From Rhizophagus irregularis (taxonomy: Eukaryota), in NCBI RefSeq assembly GCF_026210795.1, contig NC_089429.1, positions 6,014,001 through 6,078,000 on the forward strand: a stretch of DNA of 64,000 bases, in the 5' to 3' direction. The notes below the pieces were generated by a model, which did not search any database, was not told the origin of the DNA, and saw only the letters and a program-made list of their open reading frames with translations. Positions 1 to 12,865 of the stretch are shown here, piece by piece; the first letter of the stretch is position 1; each line of letters opens with the position of its first letter. The translations under genes and the position numbers were made by a program.

Positions 1-2884
1 TTAATGCCAAAAGAGCAAGTGATCAGTTTTAATCTTATGATCTTATTTCTTTCCGAAAAGTTAATGATATATATTTGTATTTAACTGGAATATGTGGAAT
101 ATGAATTAATCAAGATTATAAAAAAAAATTCGGTTTGTTCATTTTGTGGAAATAGTGAATATAGTTGCGTTGGAGATCTGTCGACTTCCATCATCTGGTA
201 GCAGTTCTTGTAGCAATAGTTGTAGTTGCTGTTGCAGTTATGGTTGACATAGCAGTAATGATTCACATTGTCATATGGTAATGGTTGTGATTGATATGAG
301 TAAAATTCACTTAGTAGTTGGTGCATTTACCAGTTTGTGCATTTACCAGTATTAATCCCGGTTGCAATTGTGGTGATGATAGTTTTGTCGATAACAAAAT
401 TCGATTCAAACTCCAAAAGAACGACTACTTGATGTCTAAAATATGAAACGAAAAATAATTGTTAATAATGCAATAAGAAGTTTCTTTGTTCTTGTGATGC
501 GCAAACAAAATTGGAGCTATAGAATAATTCTTTGAAGATAAATATAAATGTATTTCTATTATAATTTGTCTTATTAATACAAATATATGAAATAATGTGT
601 AACACTTTTTATGCAAAAATTATTTGGTCCATCTTTAAGTTCTAAAAATATTCAAAAATAACCAACCAATAACAAAATATAATCAATCATAAGATACCTG
701 ATCCATTAGGTCCGCCGGATCCATTATAATATATTCTGGATCGGATATATAATATGATTATTAATTTGGACTAGTTAAATTATTCTTATTATTTGAATTT
801 TTTGAAATTTGATGTAAGAGTTATGATTAATTTTTTTGGGAAGGAAAAGAAATTTGGTATATTTTATATAATTACCGAAGCACAGCACACAGACAAATGG
901 AAAGATTTTAAAATCTTGTCAATTAATAAAACATGCACCATTGGTATATTAGTTTTGTATCTCATTCGAGAAAGATAACCAGATGCTTATTTTGTAAGGG
1001 CAAGGTAATATCGCTCCAACAGAAATGATTACTTAAACGATCAAATTTATTATTTTCAAGGATTAAAACTAGAAATTTACTTGTTTTGAACCTTTGCCTA
1101 GGTTTATAACTTCTTTAGAATTATATTGTATTTCTTTAAACGTTAATTTAAACGTTAAAACTTTAACACACTTAATATGATCATATGAAATCAGTAATAT
1201 TTTAGCAGATATGCAGATACGCTAACGTATAATAGGCATGGATCATTTTGATGCTAAATTTAATAAAAATTTGCAGCGACACTTTCTTACGAAATTATTA
1301 ATAAACTAAGTGGTATTTGTTTAATAATTTATATAGCGCTTCTATACTCCTTAGTTTATGATTGTCCGGTGCAATGTTTTTCTTTTCGCAATAGCCAATC
1401 TGACCACGTGCTTAAAATTATATGAATATGATAAAAATTTTATTGGGGTTGGATCGGTCCAGTTCAGTCCAATCTGGTCCAAAAAGAACAGTCCTAAGAT
1501 CGGTCCTTCAGGAATTGATCTAGACTATTCGCATGCGAATAGTTATGATCTACTGTATCTGTTCTATTGATGTACTGTATATTCCATATAATTGAAACTC
1601 TTATGTATATTAGATGAAAGTAGAATTAATAGTTCAAGAATGAATAATCTCTCTGTTCACCTACCTATATTCACTGCTTGAAAGGAACCACCGTATGATA
1701 AATATGATAAATATGAAAAGAATTCCATGCTTTCTTTCCGAATCAATTTTATCATAAATATTAATAAAAATTGTTTTACTATCCACCGATGATCTATCTC
1801 ATTTTGATGAATAAATTAAAAAAGAAATGAATTTTAAATCAAATAATTTTAACCGATTTACATACTAAATAATTACAGTATTTTTATGTGTTGATGGAAA
1901 GGGTAAGAAAAGATCAAAATCACACTATTACAACCAAATTCAATACAACGTTACGTTATATCAAAATTATATCGATATTTAAATGTTCTCGTTCATCTTA
2001 CAACTTCTCAATTTAATAAAGTCTCCAAGTTGCATAATACAGATTATCAGGACAACTCTCGATCACGCGTCCGCAAAGATTTAATAGACCTGCATGTGTA
2101 GAGGGAAAGTAATTATCAAATTTTTAGTATTTCTGAATTCGGATATCGGTATATCGTAATTATCAAATAATCAATTGCAGCAATGAGAGGACACCATAAA
2201 AGATGGCAATGTCATTCTTCCCAGTTCCCATCATGTTATAAGTTTACTTGTTATTCATAAAGAAATTTAATTACGCAAGAAATGGAAATAGTTAATGTCA
2301 TATCTGATATTAGTATTTTAATATATACAAAAATAATCGTACAACGTTAAGGAATTTTAGATATAAAAAAAGTGAGAATGAACTGTCTGTCGTACTTGAA
2401 AAAAAATCCGGAAATGTAGAGCTTTATTATTGACTGAAAAACTGAAAATTGTATTATTTGAACAAAGTATATTATTATTGGAAGAAATTATGATTAACGC
2501 TTTTCATACAGACGAACACATCCTTTATTCTGTTTAAATTGAATATAAAACGAAGAATATATAATATATAATAATTCCCTTTATTTAAAAATAAGAATTA
2601 TGAATATACTGAATATACCAATATACGCATCCCTCTCTTTTCCTTTCCCTCTCGCCCTCCTTTCTCTTCGCCCTTTCTCTTTGCCCTTTCTCCCTATCTC
2701 GTCCACGTCCTTTCTCCCTTTCTCATCACCTCGCCCTTTCTCTCTCTCGTCCTTTACCTTTCCCATCGCAAGAAAAAAATAAACACGCTTCCTTCAGCAA
2801 TCAGGTATATATATATATGTATAAAAAAAAACACGTTTGCTTAAGCAACCTTTCATCAAATATTTGAGGTATATATATATATAT

Positions 2885-4582
2885 CTAATAGATCTTGTCT
2901 ATAAGTTCATGGGCTTTAATATATAAATAATTATATTTTTTAACTTTAATGTTGTACGATTCAAATTCTCTCAATTCATCTGTCATAGTAAACAAATCTT
3001 TTTTATAATTATATAAATAATTACTATTATAATAACCTTCGATAGCTATATATTCAACCCTTCTCTCTTTCATAATATGTTCCTTTATACAGGGTAAAAT
3101 ATCACCAATCAATATATTAATTCTGAATAATAATTTTCTAATAAAAATATGTTTTGAATTCTTTAAAAATTCTTCCAAATCATTACTTGTATTATTAATA
3201 CCAAGTTCTAAATTCAAATATTCCAACTTATTAGGAAGAATATATGCTAAATTTAACAATAATTTTGTACTAAGCTCATTTTTTTCATCATACATGAATA
3301 AAGTATTGTAACTATGAACATCTATGGAAAGATAATTAATATTTTGTATGAAATTTTTGATTAAACTCAATGCTAAACAAGCACTTTGAATACTAAATAC
3401 ATTTAAATCAAAATATTTAATTCCAATACAATAAGTATTAATTAATTCTAATAATTTGTGCTTCAATTCATTATTCATGAATGGTTTAAATCCAAGATTT
3501 TCCAAATATTTTCCAGATTTTTGAAATAAAGCTTGGATTGGTTCAATTTGTAATTTTTCATCATCTTCACGTATCATAAACAAAGATCTTAATTTAAATG
3601 GTTTATTGATTTCAATGATTTGTTGAATAAAATTTGAATTTAAAATATGACAATAAAGTATATGAATGGATTCCAAAGCATTCAATTGTTCAAATGCTTC
3701 TTTAATATATAATATATTTCTAAAATTAATTCCATGAAACATAATTACTTTTAAAGTATTTGAACTCTTAGGATCTATGATATTATATAATGGAAAACTA
3801 TTATATGATGATGATAAATTACTATATAATGGATTATTATATGCAAAAAAGATTTTTTCAAGATCTCTTTGTGAATTAATAATTTGTAACAATTGCTTTT
3901 CAATTGTCACGTAATCATGATTAAAACTTTCATATTCTGAAAACTTAAAATGAAGGGATGAAATTAATTTACAATTAGAATGAAAACATCTTAAAAACTT
4001 ATAATTGATAATTTCCTCATTAAAATGAAGTTTTAAATTTCTTATATTATTAATGAATTTTGGATTGTGTAAGATTAAATCAAAAGCTGAATTAAAATTT
4101 TCACTATTTACATTAAGGAAGGTATACGCAATTTCAAGTTCAAAAGTACGTAATTTAGCTTCATTTTCAACAAATATTTTAATTAATAATAAAAAAATAA
4201 ATCCTGCTGAGCAGGTAATTACTTTGTTAATCTTAATCCAATTTACGATAGAGAAACAAATGGTTTGCGTATTTAAATTTTTAATAAACATGGAATAATT
4301 AAATAATGAATTTGAAAGAAATAAATTCTTATTAACTCCATATTCACTTAATTTTGCTTTGTCTTGTTCGTTTAATCTTTGTAAGTAAATATCAATAAAG
4401 CGAAAGTTTTTAGGATATTTCATTGAAAATGGGTCTTTCCATAATAATGGAATTGCCGTATGACACCATAATCTATTAACTAAAATGCATGAACGTAAAG
4501 TTGGAATATCATCTCGAAGATATTCTAAAATATCACTTGTTAATTCGGGTAAATCTCCTAACAAAATTTTTGAGCACGACAT
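2885..4582 (-). CDS. F-box / RNI-like LRR protein (intronless, ~565 aa)
   Basis: F-box-like N-terminus LPELTSDILEYL..TLRSCILVNRLWCHTAIPLLWKDPF, then Leu-rich repeats. ATG at 4582 preferred over the upstream TTG. Confidence 0.88.
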   Translation of the reverse strand: MSCSKILLGDLPELTSDILEYLRDDIPTLRSCILVNRLWCHTAIPLLWKDPFSMKYPKNFRFIDIYLQRLNEQDKAKLSEYGVNKNLFLSNSLFNYSMFIKNLNTQTICFSIVNWIKINKVITCSAGFIFLLLIKIFVENEAKLRTFELEIAYTFLNVNSENFNSAFDLILHNPKFINNIRNLKLHFNEEIINYKFLRCFHSNCKLISSLHFKFSEYESFNHDYVTIEKQLLQIINSQRDLEKIFFAYNNPLYSNLSSSYNSFPLYNIIDPKSSNTLKVIMFHGINFRNILYIKEAFEQLNALESIHILYCHILNSNFIQQIIEINKPFKLRSLFMIREDDEKLQIEPIQALFQKSGKYLENLGFKPFMNNELKHKLLELINTYCIGIKYFDLNVFSIQSACLALSLIKNFIQNINYLSIDVHSYNTLFMYDEKNELSTKLLLNLAYILPNKLEYLNLELGINNTSNDLEEFLKNSKHIFIRKLLFRINILIGDILPCIKEHIMKERRVEYIAIEGYYNSNYLYNYKKDLFTMTDELREFESYNIKVKKYNYLYIKAHELIDKIY

Positions 4583-6375
4583 AATTATAAACGAAGAAAG
4601 AAAAAAAAAAGAAAAAGGGGAGAATTTTTTTAACAAATGTTCAAATTAGGTTAAATTTATAATGTTTCGGAATCGGTATTCCTCATTTATGGTGATCGGG
4701 TAGTACATTTTTGTTTGTGGCGGTCACCTGTCGTGCAGCCGTGCCGGTGTTTCTATTTATAGGTAACATGGAACCATCGTTTTTAACCAATCAATTTTAC
4801 AGAAAATTGCAAAAAAATTTTTTTTTTCATAATTATTCTTATCTTATCTTGTATGTTAATAACGATTGCTCCCGCATCGTAAACGCATATATGAAACAAT
4901 AATCTCGTTGGAAATAATAAATAGGGTAATAATTCACAGTTCGGTCGTATCAAACTAAAAGATGAATAAATTCAGCCCGTTTAATAATTCTCATTATTTT
5001 TTGTTGAACGAATAAGAGTGCATCAATTTGTTTATTATTATTATTATTATTGATACCGCGAAGTGACCCTACTATCAATATCCATCAATGGACTACTACT
5101 TTATATATATATTGATTTTCATCAATATCCATCAATGGACTACTTTACATATTATTAGCTTTCGATTAAAAGAGTTTTTGTGACTCTATTTTTAAGTATT
5201 GGATAGTCCGCCAAATTCTATTTTTATTAGCAAGTTATTAGATCCTAGATTTAAAAATGTATAGCATAAATTTATTAAATAACGAAAGGATATAAAATAT
5301 TTCATTATTCTTAACGGTAATTATCTATAAATGATTGAAATATCTTAGATAGATGATATCTGTACTGCTCAAGTACCTACTGACGTAGACTTTTCAATGA
5401 TGGCTTGATAATAAGAAAAATATCCTACTTTATTTAAAAATTGCATGGATTTTTTTACATAAATAGTACTCTGGAATTTTCCGTGGCTCGAACCCAATTA
5501 TTTACGCTGATTCAGAATTAATTCGAATTAAGGTGAAATTTTAAAACAAGTCTTTTTTAAAATTTTGTTATGTATAAAATCGGTTACAATTTTAATTGAA
5601 GTTAAAAACAAGATTTTTTCCAACTAATTATGATAGATTATACATGGGCCATTCAAGCCATGCCAAAATGTTACGAAATTCGGCGAATCTTTGAACAAAA
5701 ATTTGGTGTAATAAATTTCACCATTACGCCGAATTATCTGGAATAATTACGTTAAAATATAACTAGGGATTGGAAACCGTTGTGGGTCCAGAGTGATTAT
5801 TTATCACCATTATCTTGTTATGACGCGTGTGGACAAATGGACTTCGTAACGTTCACGTAACGTTCATAAAGTTCATAAACATATATAGTCCTTCGCTTCG
5901 CTCTGGACAACAATCAATTTTTGATCGATTATACTAGCTTGCTGATGAAACTAATTGATTGATCAAAGATTTTGGAAACAATAAAATTCCTTATATAAAA
6001 CTAATTTCAAGATAAATGGATTAAGATATATAATATATAGCCTTGGATTTAGTATTATAAGATAGTTGTAAAAGCTAATACTAAACTAGCATTGAATGCA
6101 CTAGTGCATCAGGTGTCGATTGGCGTCAGGCGATAACGATACGCGACAGACGTAAATTGATACCTGGCGCGCATCACTTGTCACGTAAAATTAAGGTATA
6201 ATTAAACATATTTTACATATTTTCATGATATGTATAATTTTATAAAAGTATAATATTTATTTTCAATAAAGAATGACACCATACAAATATATAAGAATTT
6301 GACCCCTAGATTTCCTAGATTTCATAGATTTCCTCAAGAAAATAAGTAAAATAAAATACATTAAAAAAAAAAATT

Positions 6376-7860
6376 TCAATAATAATAATAGTATTCTTCT
6401 TTGTCTTCTTCTTCATACCCTATAGTCTCATATTTAGCAACACCTAAATTTACATATTTCTCAATTATTCTCATATTTTCTTTATCATCAATCAAATAAT
6501 TATATCCATAATAGTAATCTTTAATAATTATTAACGTAATTAATTTACTGAGTTTTCTATTCTTCCAAGTTATAAAAAAACATTCTAATTCATCTGGAGA
6601 TACAACATCAGAATATGATTCATTGAATAATTTTAATTCACAAAAATTGGGTGGTGCATAATCTGCAACAGTTTCATATACTTCATTTTCGGTTAAATAT
6701 CCTTCTCCACACCATATTTTAATACTTTCTAACTGACAACAATTAAGTAATATAGTTTTCAATATATCTGTTTCACCACTATTAAATATAACAAAAAGAT
6801 TTCTAAGGTTTGGACAAAACTTAGCAATAGATAAGCTTAAAGTTTCATCATTTTCATCTGTATGAAATTTCTTGAGGTATTTCCCATTATTTTCTAAAAA
6901 TTTCATTACATACTCAGGTTTCGGACATTGATAAGGAATTTTTAGAGTATGTAATTTAGAAAAATTAATATGCTGAAACATGTTAAATTCTTCAAAAGTT
7001 GATCCATTAAAAAATGAAAATATAAATTCTTGTAAATTTGTTAATAAACTGACAAATGAAAATGGTAATTTATCACTATCACCATAAAGGTGTAATCTTG
7101 TTATATTAGAGTGATTTTTTATAGAAGGTAAGATACTTTCCCAACTCGCATCATAAGCTGATAACGTTAAACTTTTTAGATTATCCTGTAAAGAAATAAA
7201 TTCTTTTAACTCATTTAAAGCTTCATAATTATGAAAATCTATTGAAAGCGTTTGTATATTGTGACATAATTGTGCCAGTTGATAAAAAAAATTTGAAGGA
7301 AGGTTTGAACTGCAATGTAATTCTGAAAGATTCCTTATTCCAGGAAAATAAGGAAAGGAATAATTAATATGATAATGATTATTATAATAGAATAATTTTT
7401 TCAAGGAATAAATTTGCTTTTCAAACATTTTGATAATTTCATTTATGACTAAATAATTTCTATCTTCTAAGCTTAATGAATTATGGGGTGGTTTATGCTT
7501 GAAAGCATTATCAACTATTCTGCAAATATCACGAACTGAGAGTACTCTGCAAAATGCTACATAATTAAACAGAGGTTTTTTTGCTGTAGGTGTTGAAATA
7601 AAAATTCCATTCTTCTGTAAGAGCTCTTTTGATTCATTTGGAAGACAAGCATATAAAATACTAAGAATTGATGAGTCTATCCTAAATGGATTTTGCTGAT
7701 AAGAACTCTTATTAAAATCCCAAATATTCCTCCACAAAATTCTAACAGAAATTCCACACCAAAGGCGGTTAGTTAGCAAACATGAATGCAAAGTAAGGGT
7801 ATCTTCCTCTAAGCATTCAAAAATCTCATTTAAACAGTCAGATGGAAGTTGACAAGTCAT
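6376..7860 (-). CDS. F-box / RNI-like LRR protein (494 aa)
   Basis: MTCQLPSDCLNEIFECL..LHSCLLTNRLWC F-box; LRR motifs LKSLTL, FCPNLRNL, CCQLESIKI. Confidence 0.9.
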   Translation of the reverse strand: MTCQLPSDCLNEIFECLEEDTLTLHSCLLTNRLWCGISVRILWRNIWDFNKSSYQQNPFRIDSSILSILYACLPNESKELLQKNGIFISTPTAKKPLFNYVAFCRVLSVRDICRIVDNAFKHKPPHNSLSLEDRNYLVINEIIKMFEKQIYSLKKLFYYNNHYHINYSFPYFPGIRNLSELHCSSNLPSNFFYQLAQLCHNIQTLSIDFHNYEALNELKEFISLQDNLKSLTLSAYDASWESILPSIKNHSNITRLHLYGDSDKLPFSFVSLLTNLQEFIFSFFNGSTFEEFNMFQHINFSKLHTLKIPYQCPKPEYVMKFLENNGKYLKKFHTDENDETLSLSIAKFCPNLRNLFVIFNSGETDILKTILLNCCQLESIKIWCGEGYLTENEVYETVADYAPPNFCELKLFNESYSDVVSPDELECFFITWKNRKLSKLITLIIIKDYYYGYNYLIDDKENMRIIEKYVNLGVAKYETIGYEEEDKEEYYYYY

Positions 7861-8813
7861 TTTTATTATAATTTCAAAAAAAAAAAAAAGGAAAATTGGG
7901 TTGATGTTAAACCCTTTTTAAAAATATAAAGAAATATAAAAAGAAAAAAAATACAAATGTAGTGTAATATTAACTTTTTTGTCGATCGGTACAATTATAG
8001 TGCGGGCTGAAATTACGTTTTCAAAATGGGTTGAAATTGATGTCAATCGCGTAAGGTGTTGACCCAATGACCCATATATGTAAAGGTTGGTCACATACGT
8101 AATGTATTTAATGTAACACAGGTTCATAGAAACACGTCCTGAAACCGATTAACGTAAATAATATTTTTAGATAAACATTGATTTTACCTTATTTTATACA
8201 CATTGCAAATATTTTTTCTATAGACCAGAATCATAGAATTATTTTATTATATGTCGCACAAATCACACAAATGTATCTTTTTGAAATAAAATGTATTATC
8301 TACTTCCGGGTGATGTTCAACATTACAATCAAGGTCACGATTAAATACCTTTGAAACGTTTGAGCAAACTCTCCATTTTATAATTCATCATTGTGTCTTC
8401 AAAAAATCAAAAAAGAAACTATTCAACGAATCTCCAACAGTAATTCAAAATATTCCCATTTTCCCTTTGCAGATTATACAAACTTTCATATGTTGCTTCA
8501 GCAACATTATCCTGTCGCACAACTCTGTGAATCCTATGAACTCTTTAATCATGAATAAATTTTTTGTATAAATGATAAAATAAAGATTTTTCTTAAGTAT
8601 TACCTTCTATCAATAATTTAATATGAACAAGAAAATTTATCACTTCCACAAACTGCTCCAGAATCTACAGTATAAAATGTAAGATGATAAGTATTGGTTA
8701 TTCTTGTTTTGGTTTCCTAACATTTATTATATGCTATGTTAGTTTTTAGAAATACAATGAGCTGTTGGTTGATTTGAAATCCAATACCTCTTTTTATATT
8801 TCATTGATGATAA

Positions 8814-9470
8814 TTTTAGTCAACAAGATAGTTTTAGTCTCATTTTATTCATCAGGATGTAACTCCTTTCGTACATCCCGTCCAAACTAGTCTAATTTAA
8901 CGTTAGCTATGTAGCACCAAATTGAGGTCCTTATGTTCTCTGTTTTAATTTAACAATGAAAAAAAGTTAGTTTTAGTCTTCATATTTATACATCAGAATG
9001 TAACATCTTACATACATTCCGTCCAAATTAGTCTGCATTCAAAGCCCAAATTGATGTAGCAATATTAGCAAATCCCGAATTTGTAATTATACGCCAAAAT
9101 TGTGTTCTGGTATTCGTTGAGGTTCGAATGTTTTATGTTTTAATTCAACAATGAAAAAAAAGATAATTTTAGTCACCATATTTTATTCATCAGAATATAA
9201 TTCCTTACGTACATCCCGTCAATCCTGAATTTGTAATTATACGCTAAAATTGTGTTCCAATATTCATTGAGGTCCGTATGTTCTATATTTTAATTCAACA
9301 ATAAAAAGAAGAGTTTTAGTCTCCATATTTTATTCCTCAGAATGTAACTCCTTACGTACATTTCGTCCACATTCAGGGCTCAAATTTTTAACGTTGGCGA
9401 TGTAACAATATTAGAAAACCCCAAATTTGTAATTATTGTGTTCTGATATTCGTTGAGGTCCGTATGTATC
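8814..9470. repeat. Degenerate tandem array, ~4 units of ~140-195 bp
   Basis: Block ttttagtc..tttattcatcagaatgtaactccttacgtacatcccgtc recurs near 8833, 8971, 9167 and 9314, with recurring ttgaggtcc.tatgttct and tttgtaattatacg segments. Confidence 0.8.
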
Positions 9471-9875
9471 CCGACATCCCGACTAGGAACGACAAAATTA
9501 CACTCAATCCTGTCTACAAGCTCAGGAAGCATAACATCTCTCAAACGTCATTTGATCTGCCAAATCTCGTCTAGAATTTTAATTATCGATCCATTTGCTC
9601 GAGAACGCCCGAAATATAAGAAAAAAAAAATAGGTTAATTATTTTTTTTTTATAAAATAAAATAAGAGTATAGTAAAAAATTAAAAAATTAAAAAATTTT
9701 AAAATAAATTGTAAATTTCTATTTATTTATTTATAAAATAATTAACAAAAAAAAAACATAATGAATAAAAAAAAAGTTCAACCTAAAATATAATCAAAAT
9801 TTACATATTCTAACTATATGAAAAATAAAATAAAATCAAAATAATCTAAAACAAAATTTCCTAAAGCTATAAAAT

Positions 9876-11327
9876 TTAAATATAATCTAAATCTTCATAA
9901 TCTGTAATTTCAAATTTCTTAATAATACCTAAATCAATATATTTTTCAATGATTTTCAAATTCTTATAATTTTTGTCTAAGCTTGACACAATACAAGTAT
10001 CAGTAATAAGAATCAATGAAATTGACTTTTGTGGTATATGATTTGACCAATTTATAAAAATGGAATCTAATTCTTCCGGGAATATTTCAATTTGTGCATC
10101 ATAATGATAATATAATATTATTTCATCAATGTTTTTTGAATATTCCAAAATTACTTCCAATGCATCTTTCTCATTTATAAATGGTCCACCACACCAAACT
10201 TTAATACTTTTTAAATTGTGACAACTTTCAACAATTATTTTTAATGTTTCCAATTCATTACTTTCAATTCCGGTCGAAAGATTTTTAAGAATTGGACAAT
10301 ATCTAGCAATTGATAAATTTAATGAATTATTATTATAACCCATACTATAATCACAAAAATAGATTTCTTCCAGATTTTTTCCATTATGTTCCAAGAAATT
10401 TACTAATAATTCCCAATTAGGAAGTTCAAATTTAAATTTTAAAACTTGTAACTTTGGAAAAACAGTGTATTGTAAAATTTCAAAATCTTTAAACCATTCT
10501 TTAACTTCATATGACAATTGTAATTCTTGTAAATTTGTTAACCTAATGATAAATGATAATGAAATACCATCACTACCTCCATAAAGTCGTAATTTAGTCA
10601 ATGTATTGGGAACTCTTGTCAATAATAAAGATAAATCTGTCGGAACATAATATATTGATAAATTAAGACATTTTAAACTTTGTTGAACGGAGATTAAATT
10701 TATCAACCCATGAGGAAGACGATCTACAATTGTGATGTCTAATAATGAGATATTATTACAGATTTGAGATAATTGATAAAAAAAATCGGAGGAAGTATCT
10801 GAACTACAATATAATTCCGAGAGATATTTTAAACAATTCCTTGCTCCAGGGTAGGAAGTAAAACCAATTTCCTGATAGTGTAGATAATCTAAAATCTTTA
10901 AAGAAGTTATTTGATTCATGAACATTTTGAATACTTCCTGCGTCGTTATATGCGCTTTAATAAATAAATTTTGTGGAGAAATGGAATGGTTTCCAATTTG
11001 TTTTCCAATAAGTAATTCAAGCATTTTATAAGTTCGTTTAACTGGTAGAATATTACAAAATGATGCATAATCGAAAGTTGGAATTTCTAAAGTTGGGGTT
11101 GAAATCATAATTCTATTATTGGATAAAATTTTTTTCGACTCGCTTGGGAGACAAGCAATTAAAGTTCTAAAATCTGAAAAATTGTAATTCCAGGCATTTC
11201 TCCATAAAATCCTTATGGAAACTTTGCACCAAAGTCGATTTACCAAAATGCATGAACGTAAAGTAAATTCATCATCAGCTAGATGTTCAAAAATCTCATC
11301 CAAACAATCAACGGTGAGTTGAGGCAT
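9876..11327 (-). CDS. F-box / RNI-like LRR protein (~483 aa)
   Basis: MPQLTVDCLDEIFEHL..LRSCILVNRLWC F-box; visibly paralogous to 6376-7860 (ISTPT, LSELxCSS, SIKxWCG). An in-frame upstream ATG at 11438 is also possible. Confidence 0.88.
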   Translation of the reverse strand: MPQLTVDCLDEIFEHLADDEFTLRSCILVNRLWCKVSIRILWRNAWNYNFSDFRTLIACLPSESKKILSNNRIMISTPTLEIPTFDYASFCNILPVKRTYKMLELLIGKQIGNHSISPQNLFIKAHITTQEVFKMFMNQITSLKILDYLHYQEIGFTSYPGARNCLKYLSELYCSSDTSSDFFYQLSQICNNISLLDITIVDRLPHGLINLISVQQSLKCLNLSIYYVPTDLSLLLTRVPNTLTKLRLYGGSDGISLSFIIRLTNLQELQLSYEVKEWFKDFEILQYTVFPKLQVLKFKFELPNWELLVNFLEHNGKNLEEIYFCDYSMGYNNNSLNLSIARYCPILKNLSTGIESNELETLKIIVESCHNLKSIKVWCGGPFINEKDALEVILEYSKNIDEIILYYHYDAQIEIFPEELDSIFINWSNHIPQKSISLILITDTCIVSSLDKNYKNLKIIEKYIDLGIIKKFEITDYEDLDYI

Positions 11328-12865
11328 TGTTGTTTTTAAATATAACAAATAAAGTTTTAAGTTTTTTTTTAAAAAAGAAAGTCGTTCGTTAACTGAATAA
11401 AAATGAGACGAAAAGTCGTTCTTTTTATAAAGTTTCATTGAACATAATAGTCATGTGGCATACTACTATTTGCAAGTTGGCTTAGTGTTGGCCTGGTATT
11501 CCACATCTGATATTATAAGATCTTTTTTGTGTAGAACAATCCAATTAAATTTTTTTTTTATCGAAAGATAAAAGTTGAAATAAAAAATTCCATCAATTTT
11601 TAAAGCCATTTGATATTTCAAAGCCAATTGATATTCCTTGGATGATGATGAGACTTCCCTAACGGGCTGTTTATAGCCGACCGACGCGCCTGAATTCTGG
11701 ATGCCAACCAGATAAAGTCGGTGTTAGTATAAGCATATTTTATATTTAATAATTATTCTTATAAATAAATGTATCCGCAAGTGACGAATTATTTAGAATT
11801 AAAAATGTTTAGATTTATTTACTTTAGAGTAAACGTTTTAATAAATTTCTTTTTTTGTTTAATGAAAAGAAAGAAAGAAGTATTAAATAACAATTTTAAC
11901 ATATCATTAAATATTTTTGTAATTTAAGTTATCCTTCTGTATATTTGAATATTGAATGTATTAATGCTCAATTCAAAGGATTACCGATTGTTTTGCACGT
12001 TAGCCCTGTAAAAAAATCGATCCGTTTTCTTTTTTCCGTAAAAGGCTCATGTATCCGCAATTAATAGCCTTATATCACGGAATTTATCAAATTATTTACA
12101 TTTCCGTGAATGGATCCGTGAAAGGCTCAGTTTTTACAAAAATAACGGATAAAATTTTTTTATTAAAAATTCGTATACAAGAGATATATGCAAAATGATA
12201 AGCGAATTTTGTAATTAGCATAAAAAAATGACTATAAAACCAGGTAACAGTTTTTTATTTAACATAAAAATTTAACCTACATATTAACAGTCACGTGTGT
12301 CACGTTTATACAACCTGTATAATAAATAAATCGCCGCAAACGTGAATTATTTATATTATATATGAAAACGTAGATCCGTCATCGATTATCAACCTTAACA
12401 AATCAGCCACAAAGAAATTTTTTAAAAAAAATTGTACTAATCGACTAACCGCTTACGTAGCCAAACGGGTAAACGTGCCACTTCATACAGCCACTCCCAT
12501 ATCATGAAAATTTATCGTTATTATTGATAATTAAACGTGTTTAGAGATTAATTAATTAATAAATATAAATAAATAAAATAAAACTTTTAACCATAAATAA
12601 GGAATGACGTAAAAAATTATATTAAATGTAGTAGTAGTAACTTGAATAATTTTTTTTATAAAGAAATTATCATTACAAAATATAATACAATTATTTAACA
12701 TAATAATAATTTTTATGAAATTACTCTTTAAAAATGAATAACCATATGAACGATGCAAATTAATTTGAGATCGAGAGAACAATCAAGAAAAATTTTTTTT
12801 TGAATTTTAAAAACATCTATTTATTTATTCATTATTAAATAATTTCAAATTTTCAAAGATTTTCG

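Noticed and set aside
81..616. Short minus-strand ORFs at the window start
   Set aside because: Low-complexity Thr/Asn-rich sequence with no coherent frame or recognisable motif.
2581..2782. Two overlapping ORFs (Lys/Arg/Glu-rich and Phe/Ser/Pro-rich)
   Set aside because: Both arise from a low-complexity polypyrimidine tract that lacks stop codons.
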